26,099 nt of DNA. It comes from a bacterium. GTDB lineage: Bacteria > Muiribacteriota > UBA6191. Positions within the stretch are counted from its first letter, which is position 1. Every line of letters begins with the position of its first letter. The stretch covers positions 1 through 26,099 of the forward strand of contig JAYZAC010000173.1 in assembly GCA_036339875.1 (NCBI GenBank). The letters are read 5' to 3'. Positions 18,113 through 26,099 of this stretch are shown here, one piece after another. The translations under genes and the position numbers were made by a program. The notes below the pieces were generated by a model. The model was not told where the DNA came from. It saw nothing but the letters and a program-made list of their open reading frames with translations, and ran no database searches.

Positions 18113-19099
18113 ATGAATGCATTCATCGAACGTCTGAAGTCTATAGCAAGAAGTAATTTAAGGAACATAATTCTACCCGAGGCTGAGGATGAGAGAGTTC
18201 TAAAAGCTGCGGAGTATTTACTTCAAGAAAAATTGTGTAATGTCACTGTCATAGCTGAACCTCAAGTCATTGAGTCGTCAGGATATAATTTAAGTGGAGT
18301 AAAAATTGTATCGCCATCTGATGATGAGTTATTGAAAGAATTGACAGAGGTTTATTATGAACTTCGTAAGAATAAGGGTTTATCGTGGGTTGAGGCTCGC
18401 AGGGCATTATCTAAACCGATTACATTGGCCTCAGTATTATTGAGACAGGGAAAGGTCGATGGCTTAGTATCTGGTTCAATTTCACCAACAGCGGACGTTT
18501 TGAGATCGGGGATACAGATTATTGAGCCAAAAAATGGTAATAAGACCGTTTCAAGTTTTTTTGTAATGATCGAGCCATCAGGCGCTTTTGGAAGTGATGG
18601 TATTCTCTTTTTCGCAGATTGTGGTGTCATCCCTAGTCCGGAGTCAGCTCAGTTAGCTGATATTGCATTGGCCACTGCAAGTAATTTCAAAAAACTAATA
18701 GAAGATGAGCCAAAAGTGGCGTTTTTAAGTTTTTCAACAAAAGGGTCTGCAAAGCATTCAGAGGTGGACAAGGTAACAAGAGCATACGAAATTGCATCTC
18801 AGAGAAACTCTGATGGATACCTCATGGATGCAGAGTTACAGTTGGATGCTGCTCTTATTGAGTCAGTCGCTTCGAAAAAGGCGCCAGAAAGTACCGTTGC
18901 TGGTAAGGCAAATGTTCTCATTTTTCCAGATTTGAACGCAGGTAATATAGGTTACAAGCTTGTACAAAGGATTGCCAAGGCTCAAGCTTATGGTCCAATA
19001 ATTCAAGGGCTTAAAAAACCAATGAATGATTTGAGTCGTGGTTGCACTTGGCAGGATATCGTAAATGTTAGCATTATCACCGCTGTGCAGGCCCTTTAA
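18113..19099 (+). CDS. pta: Phosphate acetyltransferase
   Basis: IILPEAEDERVLKAA, FADCGVIPSP, VAFLSFSTKGSA, ELQLDAAL, ANVLIFPDLNAGNIGYKLVQR, NDLSRGC; AGGAG at 18101-18105 supports ATG 18113 rather than 17861. Confidence 0.93.
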   Translation: MNAFIERLKSIARSNLRNIILPEAEDERVLKAAEYLLQEKLCNVTVIAEPQVIESSGYNLSGVKIVSPSDDELLKELTEVYYELRKNKGLSWVEARRALSKPITLASVLLRQGKVDGLVSGSISPTADVLRSGIQIIEPKNGNKTVSSFFVMIEPSGAFGSDGILFFADCGVIPSPESAQLADIALATASNFKKLIEDEPKVAFLSFSTKGSAKHSEVDKVTRAYEIASQRNSDGYLMDAELQLDAALIESVASKKAPESTVAGKANVLIFPDLNAGNIGYKLVQRIAKAQAYGPIIQGLKKPMNDLSRGCTWQDIVNVSIITAVQAL

Positions 19100-19714
19100 G
19101 TGATTAGTTTGAGTATAAAGATTACAACAAATTGGATAGAGCTAGATTTCCATGGAAGTCAAAGATCATTTGGTGATTTTAATTCTCTATGGGATTTTTG
19201 CCTTCTAACGGCCTCTAACAAAGGAATATACAAAATTAAGCTGATTCATGGCCGTGGACGAGATGCAGATGGATTGGCTTTTATTGATGATTCAATACGA
19301 ACCCGTTTAGATAGACTACGCGGAGTCCGTTGGTTTAAACCTGAGAAAGGGAAATTAGGGGTTACCCTAGTGTATTTGTCTGATAATTTAAATCAACATG
19401 CTAAGCATAAATCTAGTCATCAGAAGCTTATGCAACTCTCTAAAGATTTGAAGGAAGAAGAGATATTTACCAAAAAGAGAAGAGGTGTAATAGATAAAAA
19501 TAGCACTCAAATAGAGGCTACCTTACGTAAGTTAGATACAGAGTGGAATGAGGCCTTAGTTTTAGAAACGGCCCAGTCTTTATTAGATTCAGGTAATATA
19601 AACTTGCTTTTGCAGTTATTAGAGGAGATAAAAATATTCGAAATATTCTACACGGATAATTTTAGGATTCAGCTAAGTCGAGTCATCACTGAGTTAGATC
19701 AAATAGAAAAATGA
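19100..19714 (+). CDS. Smr/MutS2-domain protein (N-terminal Smr, unknown helical C-terminus)
   Basis: ELDFHG, IKLIHGRG, IRTRL, GKLGVTLVYL match the Smr pattern LDLHG...IHGKG...GxTxVxL; abuts the pta stop. Confidence 0.65.
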   Translation: MISLSIKITTNWIELDFHGSQRSFGDFNSLWDFCLLTASNKGIYKIKLIHGRGRDADGLAFIDDSIRTRLDRLRGVRWFKPEKGKLGVTLVYLSDNLNQHAKHKSSHQKLMQLSKDLKEEEIFTKKRRGVIDKNSTQIEATLRKLDTEWNEALVLETAQSLLDSGNINLLLQLLEEIKIFEIFYTDNFRIQLSRVITELDQIEK

Positions 19715-21495
19715 AGTTTGATAGCAAGAGACTACGTAGTTTTATTAAGATCGAAGGTCATATTTCTCCGCAAGGAAGTGATCAAAGTTACTTTTTTCTA
19801 AAAAGAGTTGATGGAGTAACTCAGGTTTTTAATTGTCTGTCCCATAGAGCATGGCCAAATCAATTAACTTTTTTTGAGGAAGGTGTTGACTCTTACTATT
19901 TATCTCCATGTGGTTTTTATCTTGCGGTTCTAGTTAATGCAGGAGGTTCTGAGCATGGACCGATAGCTCTCGTAGATGTTAAGAATCAGATTTCAAAGAT
20001 AGTTTTTCAAGAGGTTGATGCTCAGTCTGGTGCAATAGTTTGGTCGGTGGATGGCTCAAAGTTTTTGTTTAGATCGAATTTTAAAAATAAGTATGACTAT
20101 AAAATATACGAATATTCTTTGATTACAGCTGAATACAATTTGAAGATTGATTGCCAAGGTTGGTGTTATCCAATTCAATATTCCCCCTGCGGTAAGTATA
20201 TCCTCTTTGGTTCGGCTTCATGTGGGGCCAATCAGGATTTATATTTGTATAGTATCGAAAAAGTTAATTCGAGACATTTAACGCCGCATGAGGGTCATGT
20301 GCGATACGAGGCCGCTTTTTTAGAAAGTTATGACAAGATCATCTATTTATCTGATTTAGACTCAGAATTTAAGTGCTTGTATATAATGGACACTGATTCA
20401 TCTAACTATCGTAAGGTAGGTAAAGATTACAAGTGGGACTTGAATGGGTTGCAAGTTTCTTTGGATTCTTCGCACGTTGCTTTTTTGATAAACGAGGCCG
20501 GTTATTCAAGGCTAACGGTAGTTGAGGTGGCAACGGGGTTAGAGATACCGATACCTGAGCTTAAAGGTATTGTGAATTCCTGTAAATTCACAGCTAATAA
20601 TGGATTGTTGTTGTCTTATCAGAGTGCGAGTCGCGCCTCTGATTGTTATTATCTTGCTTTACAGGGTAAGAGATTAGATCAGATTACTTTCAGTTCGTAT
20701 CAGGGATTAGATAGAGAGTCATTTATCGAGCCTCAACTGATTCAATATACTAGTTTTGATGGATTGGAAATCCCTGCTTTTATATATTTACCTAATAATT
20801 ATAAACCCAATTCCCCTATTCCCATGATATTGCATTTTCACGGTGGTCCAGAGAGTCAATTCCGGCCTATTTTCCATAAACATCTTCAGTATCTTCTTGA
20901 GTTGGGTATAGGTGTTTGCGCTCCAAACATAAGGGGATCATCAGGTTATGGTGCGGAGTTCATGGCAATGGACGATTACAAGAAGCGTCCAGATGCAATC
21001 AAAGATGGTATAGAACTGGCTGCATTCCTTGTTAAAAAGGGTTTTACTGACTTTGATAGGCTGGGTGTAGTTGGTGGTAGTTATGGAGGTTTCATGGTTC
21101 TCTCACTCATAACTAATGCCCCTAATTATTTTGCAGCGGCAGTAAATGTTGTAGGTATTTCAGATCTGGTTACTTTTTTGAAAAATACAAAACCTTATCG
21201 TCGGAAATTGCGAGAAGCTGAATACGGTCCTTTGAGTGACGAGCGCTTCTTAGAATCGATTTCTCCAATCCATAAAATTTCTGAAGTTAGAACTCCACTG
21301 CTAGTGGTCCATGGATTGACTGATCCGCGTGTCCCAATAAGCGAAGCCGAACAGCTGGTAGGCAGGTTAAAACAGTCCAAAAAAGAGGTCGAAACTCTAT
21401 TTTTTGCAGATGAGGGTCATGGAATTCGTAAATTACCTAACCAAATCAACTATTTTGAAAATATGATCAAATTTTTCATAAAAAACCTTATTTGA
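19711..21495 (+). CDS. S9-family serine peptidase (acylaminoacyl/dipeptidyl aminopeptidase-like)
   Basis: Beta-propeller N-terminus; HGGPESQ, PNIRGSSGYG, GGSYGG (Ser), DPRVP (Asp), DEGHG (His); ATGA overlap. Confidence 0.93.
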   Translation: MKFDSKRLRSFIKIEGHISPQGSDQSYFFLKRVDGVTQVFNCLSHRAWPNQLTFFEEGVDSYYLSPCGFYLAVLVNAGGSEHGPIALVDVKNQISKIVFQEVDAQSGAIVWSVDGSKFLFRSNFKNKYDYKIYEYSLITAEYNLKIDCQGWCYPIQYSPCGKYILFGSASCGANQDLYLYSIEKVNSRHLTPHEGHVRYEAAFLESYDKIIYLSDLDSEFKCLYIMDTDSSNYRKVGKDYKWDLNGLQVSLDSSHVAFLINEAGYSRLTVVEVATGLEIPIPELKGIVNSCKFTANNGLLLSYQSASRASDCYYLALQGKRLDQITFSSYQGLDRESFIEPQLIQYTSFDGLEIPAFIYLPNNYKPNSPIPMILHFHGGPESQFRPIFHKHLQYLLELGIGVCAPNIRGSSGYGAEFMAMDDYKKRPDAIKDGIELAAFLVKKGFTDFDRLGVVGGSYGGFMVLSLITNAPNYFAAAVNVVGISDLVTFLKNTKPYRRKLREAEYGPLSDERFLESISPIHKISEVRTPLLVVHGLTDPRVPISEAEQLVGRLKQSKKEVETLFFADEGHGIRKLPNQINYFENMIKFFIKNLI

Positions 21496-21506
21496 CACAA
21501 TGTTCG

Positions 21507-21682
21507 TTTTTGTACGAATTTAGCTTAAATTTCTTCTGTCTGCATTTTCTTGCCAGCCTCACGTATAAAGTAGGATAAAAATCCCTTTAGTGGACTGATA
21601 AATGTCCTATTTTTTGGAAACTCCGCTCTTTATTCTGTCGATCCCTTAAAAAAAGGCTTTGGCGTGATTTGTCGTACAAAAA
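21507..21682. repeat. 11-bp perfect inverted repeat pair bracketing the intergenic region
   Basis: TTTTTGTACGA at 21507-21517 and its reverse complement TCGTACAAAAA at 21672-21682, 154 bp apart. Confidence 0.75.
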
Positions 21683-21692
21683 GAAATTGATA

Positions 21693-22283
21693 ATGAAAAA
21701 TATGTGGATAAGGATAATTATAATTTTTGTTTTGATTAAGGCTTTGCTTACGGGTTGTGGTGGTGGTGGAGACCGTTCTGGCGGTATTTCATCAGAGCCT
21801 AGTCCAATAGTCAGGCCTGATCCAGAGGAGCCAAACTTCTTTCCACCCTCTCAAACTCAAGCAGCATTTGATGTTTCCATTCTACCTAATGATGGATCAT
21901 TAATAGATGAACAACAAACTCTTCATTTTCATCTAAATCGTCCTGGAAGAATCTTTTACGCTTTTCAGAGCGGAGACTTAATTCGTACTGATGAGTTACA
22001 GCCAGTGGTGGTTGAAGAGAAGACCCATCGAAATTCTTTTTCCATTGATATCCCTGATTCAATTACAGGCCAGTTACTTGTCCGTTACTTTGCAGTGGAT
22101 GAAAACTTTAATGAAACAAACTTAAGAATAGCAAGATATAACATAAGTAAAGTAAGCGCGATCAAGCCGCAGGCAGTAGGGTCACCATTGGTTGGTGATC
22201 CAATAAGTACTGCATCAGGTGAAACGATTGCAGAGTCTCGCCCCATAATGGGTCGAACGGTATTATCCCCAAACATCCGGTGA
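21693..22283 (+). CDS. Lipoprotein with chitobiase/beta-hexosaminidase C-terminal-like (Fn3-like) beta-sandwich
   Basis: MKNMWIRIIIIFVLIKA-LLTG-C lipobox, then GGGG and a Pro-rich linker; GRIFYAF...SIDIP...VRYFAVDENFNET...YNI pattern. Confidence 0.72.
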   Translation: MKNMWIRIIIIFVLIKALLTGCGGGGDRSGGISSEPSPIVRPDPEEPNFFPPSQTQAAFDVSILPNDGSLIDEQQTLHFHLNRPGRIFYAFQSGDLIRTDELQPVVVEEKTHRNSFSIDIPDSITGQLLVRYFAVDENFNETNLRIARYNISKVSAIKPQAVGSPLVGDPISTASGETIAESRPIMGRTVLSPNIR

Positions 22284-22287
22284 AATT

Positions 22288-25200
22288 ATGAATGCAGCAA
22301 ATCTAAAATTCAGAATTCAAACGCTACTGGTTTTGATACTAACTTTGAGTAGATGTCTATGGGCAGATGAAAGTGCTATTAGTACTTTTATCTACAATGG
22401 AGCACTCATTAATAATTCAGGACAGGTGTTAGCCGTTCAGGGAACTAGGCAATTCACCGTAAGTTTATACGAAAATCCTTTTGGTGGATCTGCCGGATAT
22501 ATCCAAACTCTTAATAATATAGATGTTGACCAAGGTTATTTTAGTCTTGAGATAGGTCCAGCATTACCTGATCTAAGTAATTTTAATTATCTGGAATTAC
22601 AAATTGACGGGGAAGTTATGAATCCTCGAATTGAACTCAAGTCATTTGCTTTTTCTATGGTCTCTAAAAATACTTTTAGATTCAATGACATGAATCTTCA
22701 GGAATTTAAGGACTATCTTAGTGCCGAATATTTAGGTCACAGTTCAAATACGGCTCAATTAGGAGTCCGAACACTTATTCAAGGTGAAACAGGACTGCAT
22801 CCTCTTCTAGTTAATCCATTGAACGATACTTCAGATCCTGCACTTTTAGTTAGAAACGATGGAACTGTAGGTATTGGTACATCAAACCCCACGGAGACCT
22901 TGGAAGTGGTTGGTGGGATAAAGGCTGTTGATGGGAAATTCACGAATTTAGAGGTTAGTGGAGATGGGACTTTTGGTAGCACCTTAAAGGTTGATCAAGC
23001 TGCCGGGAGAGTTGGTATAGGAACTGTAAATCCTGAAATTGATCTACAGATCGTGAATACGGTTACAGGTGCAGGTATTTCTATCGGAACATTGGTGGCG
23101 ACAACAAGTTCAGAAATCGAGTTGAAAAATCCAAATCAGAATTTTAGATTTATTTTAAATAGAAATGGTTTGCATGGATTATCCTTAACTCAATCTCAGA
23201 CTAATACTTCCGTTATGTACTTTACACGCGATAATCGCATCGGTGTCAATGGCGTTGAGGCTCCTGAGGAAGTGCTTCATGTTAATGGAAACGTAAAAGC
23301 TGATGTATTCATAGGAGAGTTTAGGGCAACAAAAGGTGTAGCATTCGATTTAGATATGCGCTCTGGATCGTTGAATGGTACGCCCATTGGTACTAATAAT
23401 GCAAGCACAGCAGTATTTCAAGAAGTTACTGCTGATCGTGTTGAATTGATATCTACAGCCGATACTCCGTTTAAAGTCTCTCAATCAGCGAATCCTAATT
23501 CAGAGTTATTAAGATTAACATCTGGTGGAGATTTGGGTGTGGGTACCAATAACCCGCTAAGTAAGGTTCACGTTAGTCAGAGTGATCCTCTCTCACCAGA
23601 TAGACTTGTAACTTTGGAGGGTAATGCTCCAGCAATTTTCTTAAAAGAAATTGATGCCAATTCAAATCAGAATATGCAAGTGCGGCTAAATAGCGGTGAT
23701 TTAGAATTCCAGACAGTTAGTGATGGCGGAACAGCTCTTACGACGGTATTTCGGGTCAGTCAAGACGGTGCTGTCGGTGTCGGAATCGATGCTTCTCTGT
23801 CTGATCAGCTTGAAATAGCTAAAACTCAAAATGGTTTAACTTCTCTCAGGATAACTAATCAAGCTGATACAGCGAATACTGGGACAGCGGTACGCTTTTT
23901 TTCAGATGACTCTATCGGCGATGATTTTGAGGTAGCAAGAGTTGAAGCTCTGATGACTGATAATACTAATGGAGCTGAAAAGGGACGACTTGTTTTTAGG
24001 ACTCAAAATAACGGTTTATCGTCAGCCATGGAAATTACTGAAGACGGTAAGGTCGGTATAGGTAAGTCTGATCCCTTAGTGGCACTTGATGTAAATGGTA
24101 AGATTAATGCTCAGTCTATTTCGATATCGGGCGTATTAACTGCGGAATCTTTGAATGTTACAGGTGTTATTTCAGGAGCCGGTTTTAAGTCAACTAGTTT
24201 GGAATTAACAGGTGGTTTGACTGCAGCTACTGTTAATCTAAATGGTGGATTTATTAATAATACTGTAATTGGGGCTAGTACGGCTACATCTGGTACTTTT
24301 ACAGATTTAGCTGCAGACTCAGCTTCATTCACAAACTTGTCAGCTTCGGGTGGAGTTACTGGTGAACTACTCACAGCTGCTCAACCTAATGTAACGAGTT
24401 TGGGCGAATTAACCTCTTTGACGGTTTCTAATGATATGAGTGTTAATACAACTCATTTGGTTGTTGATACTTCAAATTCTGGATCAGCTCGAGTCGGTAT
24501 AGGTACAGCTAGCCCGGTTTCAGAATTAGATGTAAATGGGGTGATTAATGGATCCTCTATGAATATTTCTGGAGTTTTAACGGTAACTTCATTACATGTC
24601 ACCGGTAGTATCTCCGGAGCAGGATTTGGTTCGAGTAGTCTGAACTTGAGTGGTAAGTTAACTGCTGCAAGTGTTGATCTAAATAGTGGAACTGTGGATG
24701 ATGTTGTTATTGGAGCAACTCAACCGGCTACGGGTACATTTACGAACCTGACTGCAAACACTGGGATTACTGGTACACTACAAACGGCAGCTCAACCAAA
24801 TATTACTAGTCTTGGTACTTTAACTACTCTCGCTGCAAATACAGTAGATATTGATGGAGGTACTTTAGATAGTGTGATTATCGGATCAAATGTTTCATCA
24901 ACAGCAAGTTTTACTGATTTGACTGCATCTAATTTGGAGGTATCTTCTAGTTTCTCTGCTCAATCTGTAAATATTGATGGTGGAGTAATTGATAATACTG
25001 TAATTGGAGGAAGCTCTCCTACGACGGGTACATTTACTGATTTAATAGGTGATTCTTCCACGATCGGAACATTGACAGTAACTAATTCCATCATAGGAAC
25101 TTTGCAGACCGCTAATCAGTCCAATATAACTGCTTTAGGTACACTTACAAATTTGAATGTATCGGGAGACATGAGTGTTAATAGTACACACTTTTTAGTA

Positions 25201-26099
25201 GATACCTCTCTATCTAGTTCAGCAAGAATAGGTATAGCAACTGCTAATCCGTCTTCGGAGCTTGATGTCAACGGAGAGATTCGAGCAGATTCAATGAGAG
25301 TTTCAGGTTTTCTAACTGCCGATTCGCTTCATATTACCGGTACCATTACTGGTGCAGCTTTTGGGGCTGACAGTATGGATCTTAGTGGCGAGTTAACGGC
25401 AGCAACCGTTGATTTGAATGGTGGGAATATTGATGGCGTGATTATCGGTGCAGACGTTCAGTCAGTAGCAAAATTTACAGATGTAACCGTGGATAGTCTG
25501 ACAGTAACCTCATTATTGACAGCTACTTCAGAAGGCTTAAAAGTAAGTTCAGCTTTGGTGAGTGATACGCTAACTGTGAATCAGTTAGATGTGACTAGTT
25601 TAGATGTTAGTGGTTCATTGACAGCTACTGCCACGGGATTAGAGATTTCGTCAGCCGAAGTTACTGGTACTTTAACAGCAAATGAGTTCGATGTAACTAA
25701 TTTAGATCTGAGTGGTACTTTAACAGCAGCGACTGTTGATCTAAATGCTGGAAATATTGATGGAGTTGTAATTGGAGAAGCTGTACAGTCAACTGCGAAG
25801 TTTACAAACGTTACAGCTAGTAGTTTAAGAGTAACTTCTTCATTGACAGCTACAGCTACAGGACTAGAGATAAGCTCAGCTGAAGTGACAGATACATTAA
25901 CAGCAAATCAGTTTGATGTAACAAATACGAATTTAACAGGTACCTTAACAGCCGCTACGGTTGATCTGAATGCTGGTAATATTGATGGAGTTGCAATCGG
26001 AGATATTGCACAGTCCACAGCTAAGTTTACAAATGTTACAGCTAATAGCTTGACAATATCTTCATTATTGACAGCCACATCATCAGAGTTTTTGATTTC
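22288..26099 (+). CDS. Large secreted phage-tail-fibre-like repetitive surface protein (>1270 aa, 3' truncated; absent from ORF track)
   Basis: Translated by hand from ATG 22288 with no stop before the window end: MNAANLKFRIQTLLVLILTLSRCLWA-DESAISTFIYNGALINNSG...GYFSLEIG...YLELQIDGEVMNPRIELKSFAFS, then repeated VGIGTxxPxxxLxVxG, GGxIDxxxIG...FT and TAAQPNITSLGxLT modules. Confidence 0.9.
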   Translation, partial: MNAANLKFRIQTLLVLILTLSRCLWADESAISTFIYNGALINNSGQVLAVQGTRQFTVSLYENPFGGSAGYIQTLNNIDVDQGYFSLEIGPALPDLSNFNYLELQIDGEVMNPRIELKSFAFSMVSKNTFRFNDMNLQEFKDYLSAEYLGHSSNTAQLGVRTLIQGETGLHPLLVNPLNDTSDPALLVRNDGTVGIGTSNPTETLEVVGGIKAVDGKFTNLEVSGDGTFGSTLKVDQAAGRVGIGTVNPEIDLQIVNTVTGAGISIGTLVATTSSEIELKNPNQNFRFILNRNGLHGLSLTQSQTNTSVMYFTRDNRIGVNGVEAPEEVLHVNGNVKADVFIGEFRATKGVAFDLDMRSGSLNGTPIGTNNASTAVFQEVTADRVELISTADTPFKVSQSANPNSELLRLTSGGDLGVGTNNPLSKVHVSQSDPLSPDRLVTLEGNAPAIFLKEIDANSNQNMQVRLNSGDLEFQTVSDGGTALTTVFRVSQDGAVGVGIDASLSDQLEIAKTQNGLTSLRITNQADTANTGTAVRFFSDDSIGDDFEVARVEALMTDNTNGAEKGRLVFRTQNNGLSSAMEITEDGKVGIGKSDPLVALDVNGKINAQSISISGVLTAESLNVTGVISGAGFKSTSLELTGGLTAATVNLNGGFINNTVIGASTATSGTFTDLAADSASFTNLSASGGVTGELLTAAQPNVTSLGELTSLTVSNDMSVNTTHLVVDTSNSGSARVGIGTASPVSELDVNGVINGSSMNISGVLTVTSLHVTGSISGAGFGSSSLNLSGKLTAASVDLNSGTVDDVVIGATQPATGTFTNLTANTGITGTLQTAAQPNITSLGTLTTLAANTVDIDGGTLDSVIIGSNVSSTASFTDLTASNLEVSSSFSAQSVNIDGGVIDNTVIGGSSPTTGTFTDLIGDSSTIGTLTVTNSIIGTLQTANQSNITALGTLTNLNVSGDMSVNSTHFLVDTSLSSSARIGIATANPSSELDVNGEIRADSMRVSGFLTADSLHITGTITGAAFGADSMDLSGELTAATVDLNGGNIDGVIIGADVQSVAKFTDVTVDSLTVTSLLTATSEGLKVSSALVSDTLTVNQLDVTSLDVSGSLTATATGLEISSAEVTGTLTANEFDVTNLDLSGTLTAATVDLNAGNIDGVVIGEAVQSTAKFTNVTASSLRVTSSLTATATGLEISSAEVTDTLTANQFDVTNTNLTGTLTAATVDLNAGNIDGVAIGDIAQSTAKFTNVTANSLTISSLLTATSSEFLI
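24052..25480 (+). repeat. Three diverged copies of a ~147-aa composite module within the fibre gene
   Basis: Copies start at 24052 (VGIGKSDPLVALDVNG..SISGVLTAESLNVTGVISGAGF), 24493 (VGIGTASPVSELDVNG..NISGVLTVTSLHVTGSISGAGF) and 25228 (IGIATANPSSELDVNG..RVSGFLTADSLHITGTITGAAF); the second is lengthened to 245 aa and the third is partial. Confidence 0.85.
25615..26064 (+). repeat. Tandem 225-nt (75-aa) repeat within the fibre gene
   Basis: 25615-25839 and 25840-26064 share 62/75 residues (SLTATATGLEISSAEVTxTLTANxFDVTNxxLxGTLTAATVDLNAGNIDGVxIG...QSTAKFTNVTA); a related earlier copy lies at about 25390-25614. Confidence 0.9.

Noticed and set aside
791..21380. Small overlapping ORFs in the track (e.g. 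791-1033, 1530-1970, 4194-4496, 8008-8229, 12387-12659, 14728-15042, 16736-17002, 18355-18630, 21195-21380)
   Set aside because: Alternate-frame or antisense overlaps of well-supported genes, with no recognisable motifs.
21540..21556. Sigma54-like TGGCA...TGCA on the minus strand (and TGG...TTGC near 18021-18035)
   Set aside because: GG-to-GC spacing is 9 nt rather than the required 10, and the first points antisense into the S9 gene.
22779..24374. Short minus-strand ORFs 22779-22982 and 24111-24374
   Set aside because: Antisense shadows of the long plus-strand fibre gene.
25615..26064. Possible diversity-generating retroelement TR/VR pair or CRISPR-like repeat
   Set aside because: Differences are mostly synonymous and not adenine-specific, both copies are in-frame coding, and no reverse transcriptase, cas gene or spacer structure is present.
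22288..26099. Prophage
   Set aside because: No integrase, terminase, capsid or tail genes in the window, and the fibre has a host-type signal peptide.

Overview
AT-rich bacterial chromosomal window from a probable diderm (it encodes an outer-membrane beta-barrel). In order: the end of a GldA/GldF/GldG/DUF4340-type ABC operon whose last gene is fused to a parvulin PPIase; a MazG-like pyrophosphohydrolase; a secreted C39-like peptidase; a membrane-anchored TPR protein with a degenerate Mrr-like nuclease domain; rplM-rpsI; tlyA; a CMD-family gene; two hypotheticals; an OM beta-barrel; tatA; recQ; a tandem sulfotransferase pair (one intact and TPST-like, one lacking catalytic residues); a Nudix hydrolase; an orphan sigma54-type response regulator; and pta-Smr-S9 peptidase. 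Three notable things are not in the ORF track. (1) A 28-bp XerCD dif-like site at 14543-14570. (2) An open-ended gene of >1270 aa (22288 to window end) encoding a signal-peptide-bearing, modular, phage-tail-fibre-like surface protein, directly behind a lipoprotein gene. (3) An 11-bp inverted repeat bracketing the upstream region of that lipoprotein-fibre operon, a candidate invertible promoter. No rRNA, tRNA, CRISPR array or transposase was seen. All family calls come from motif recognition by eye, not database searches.
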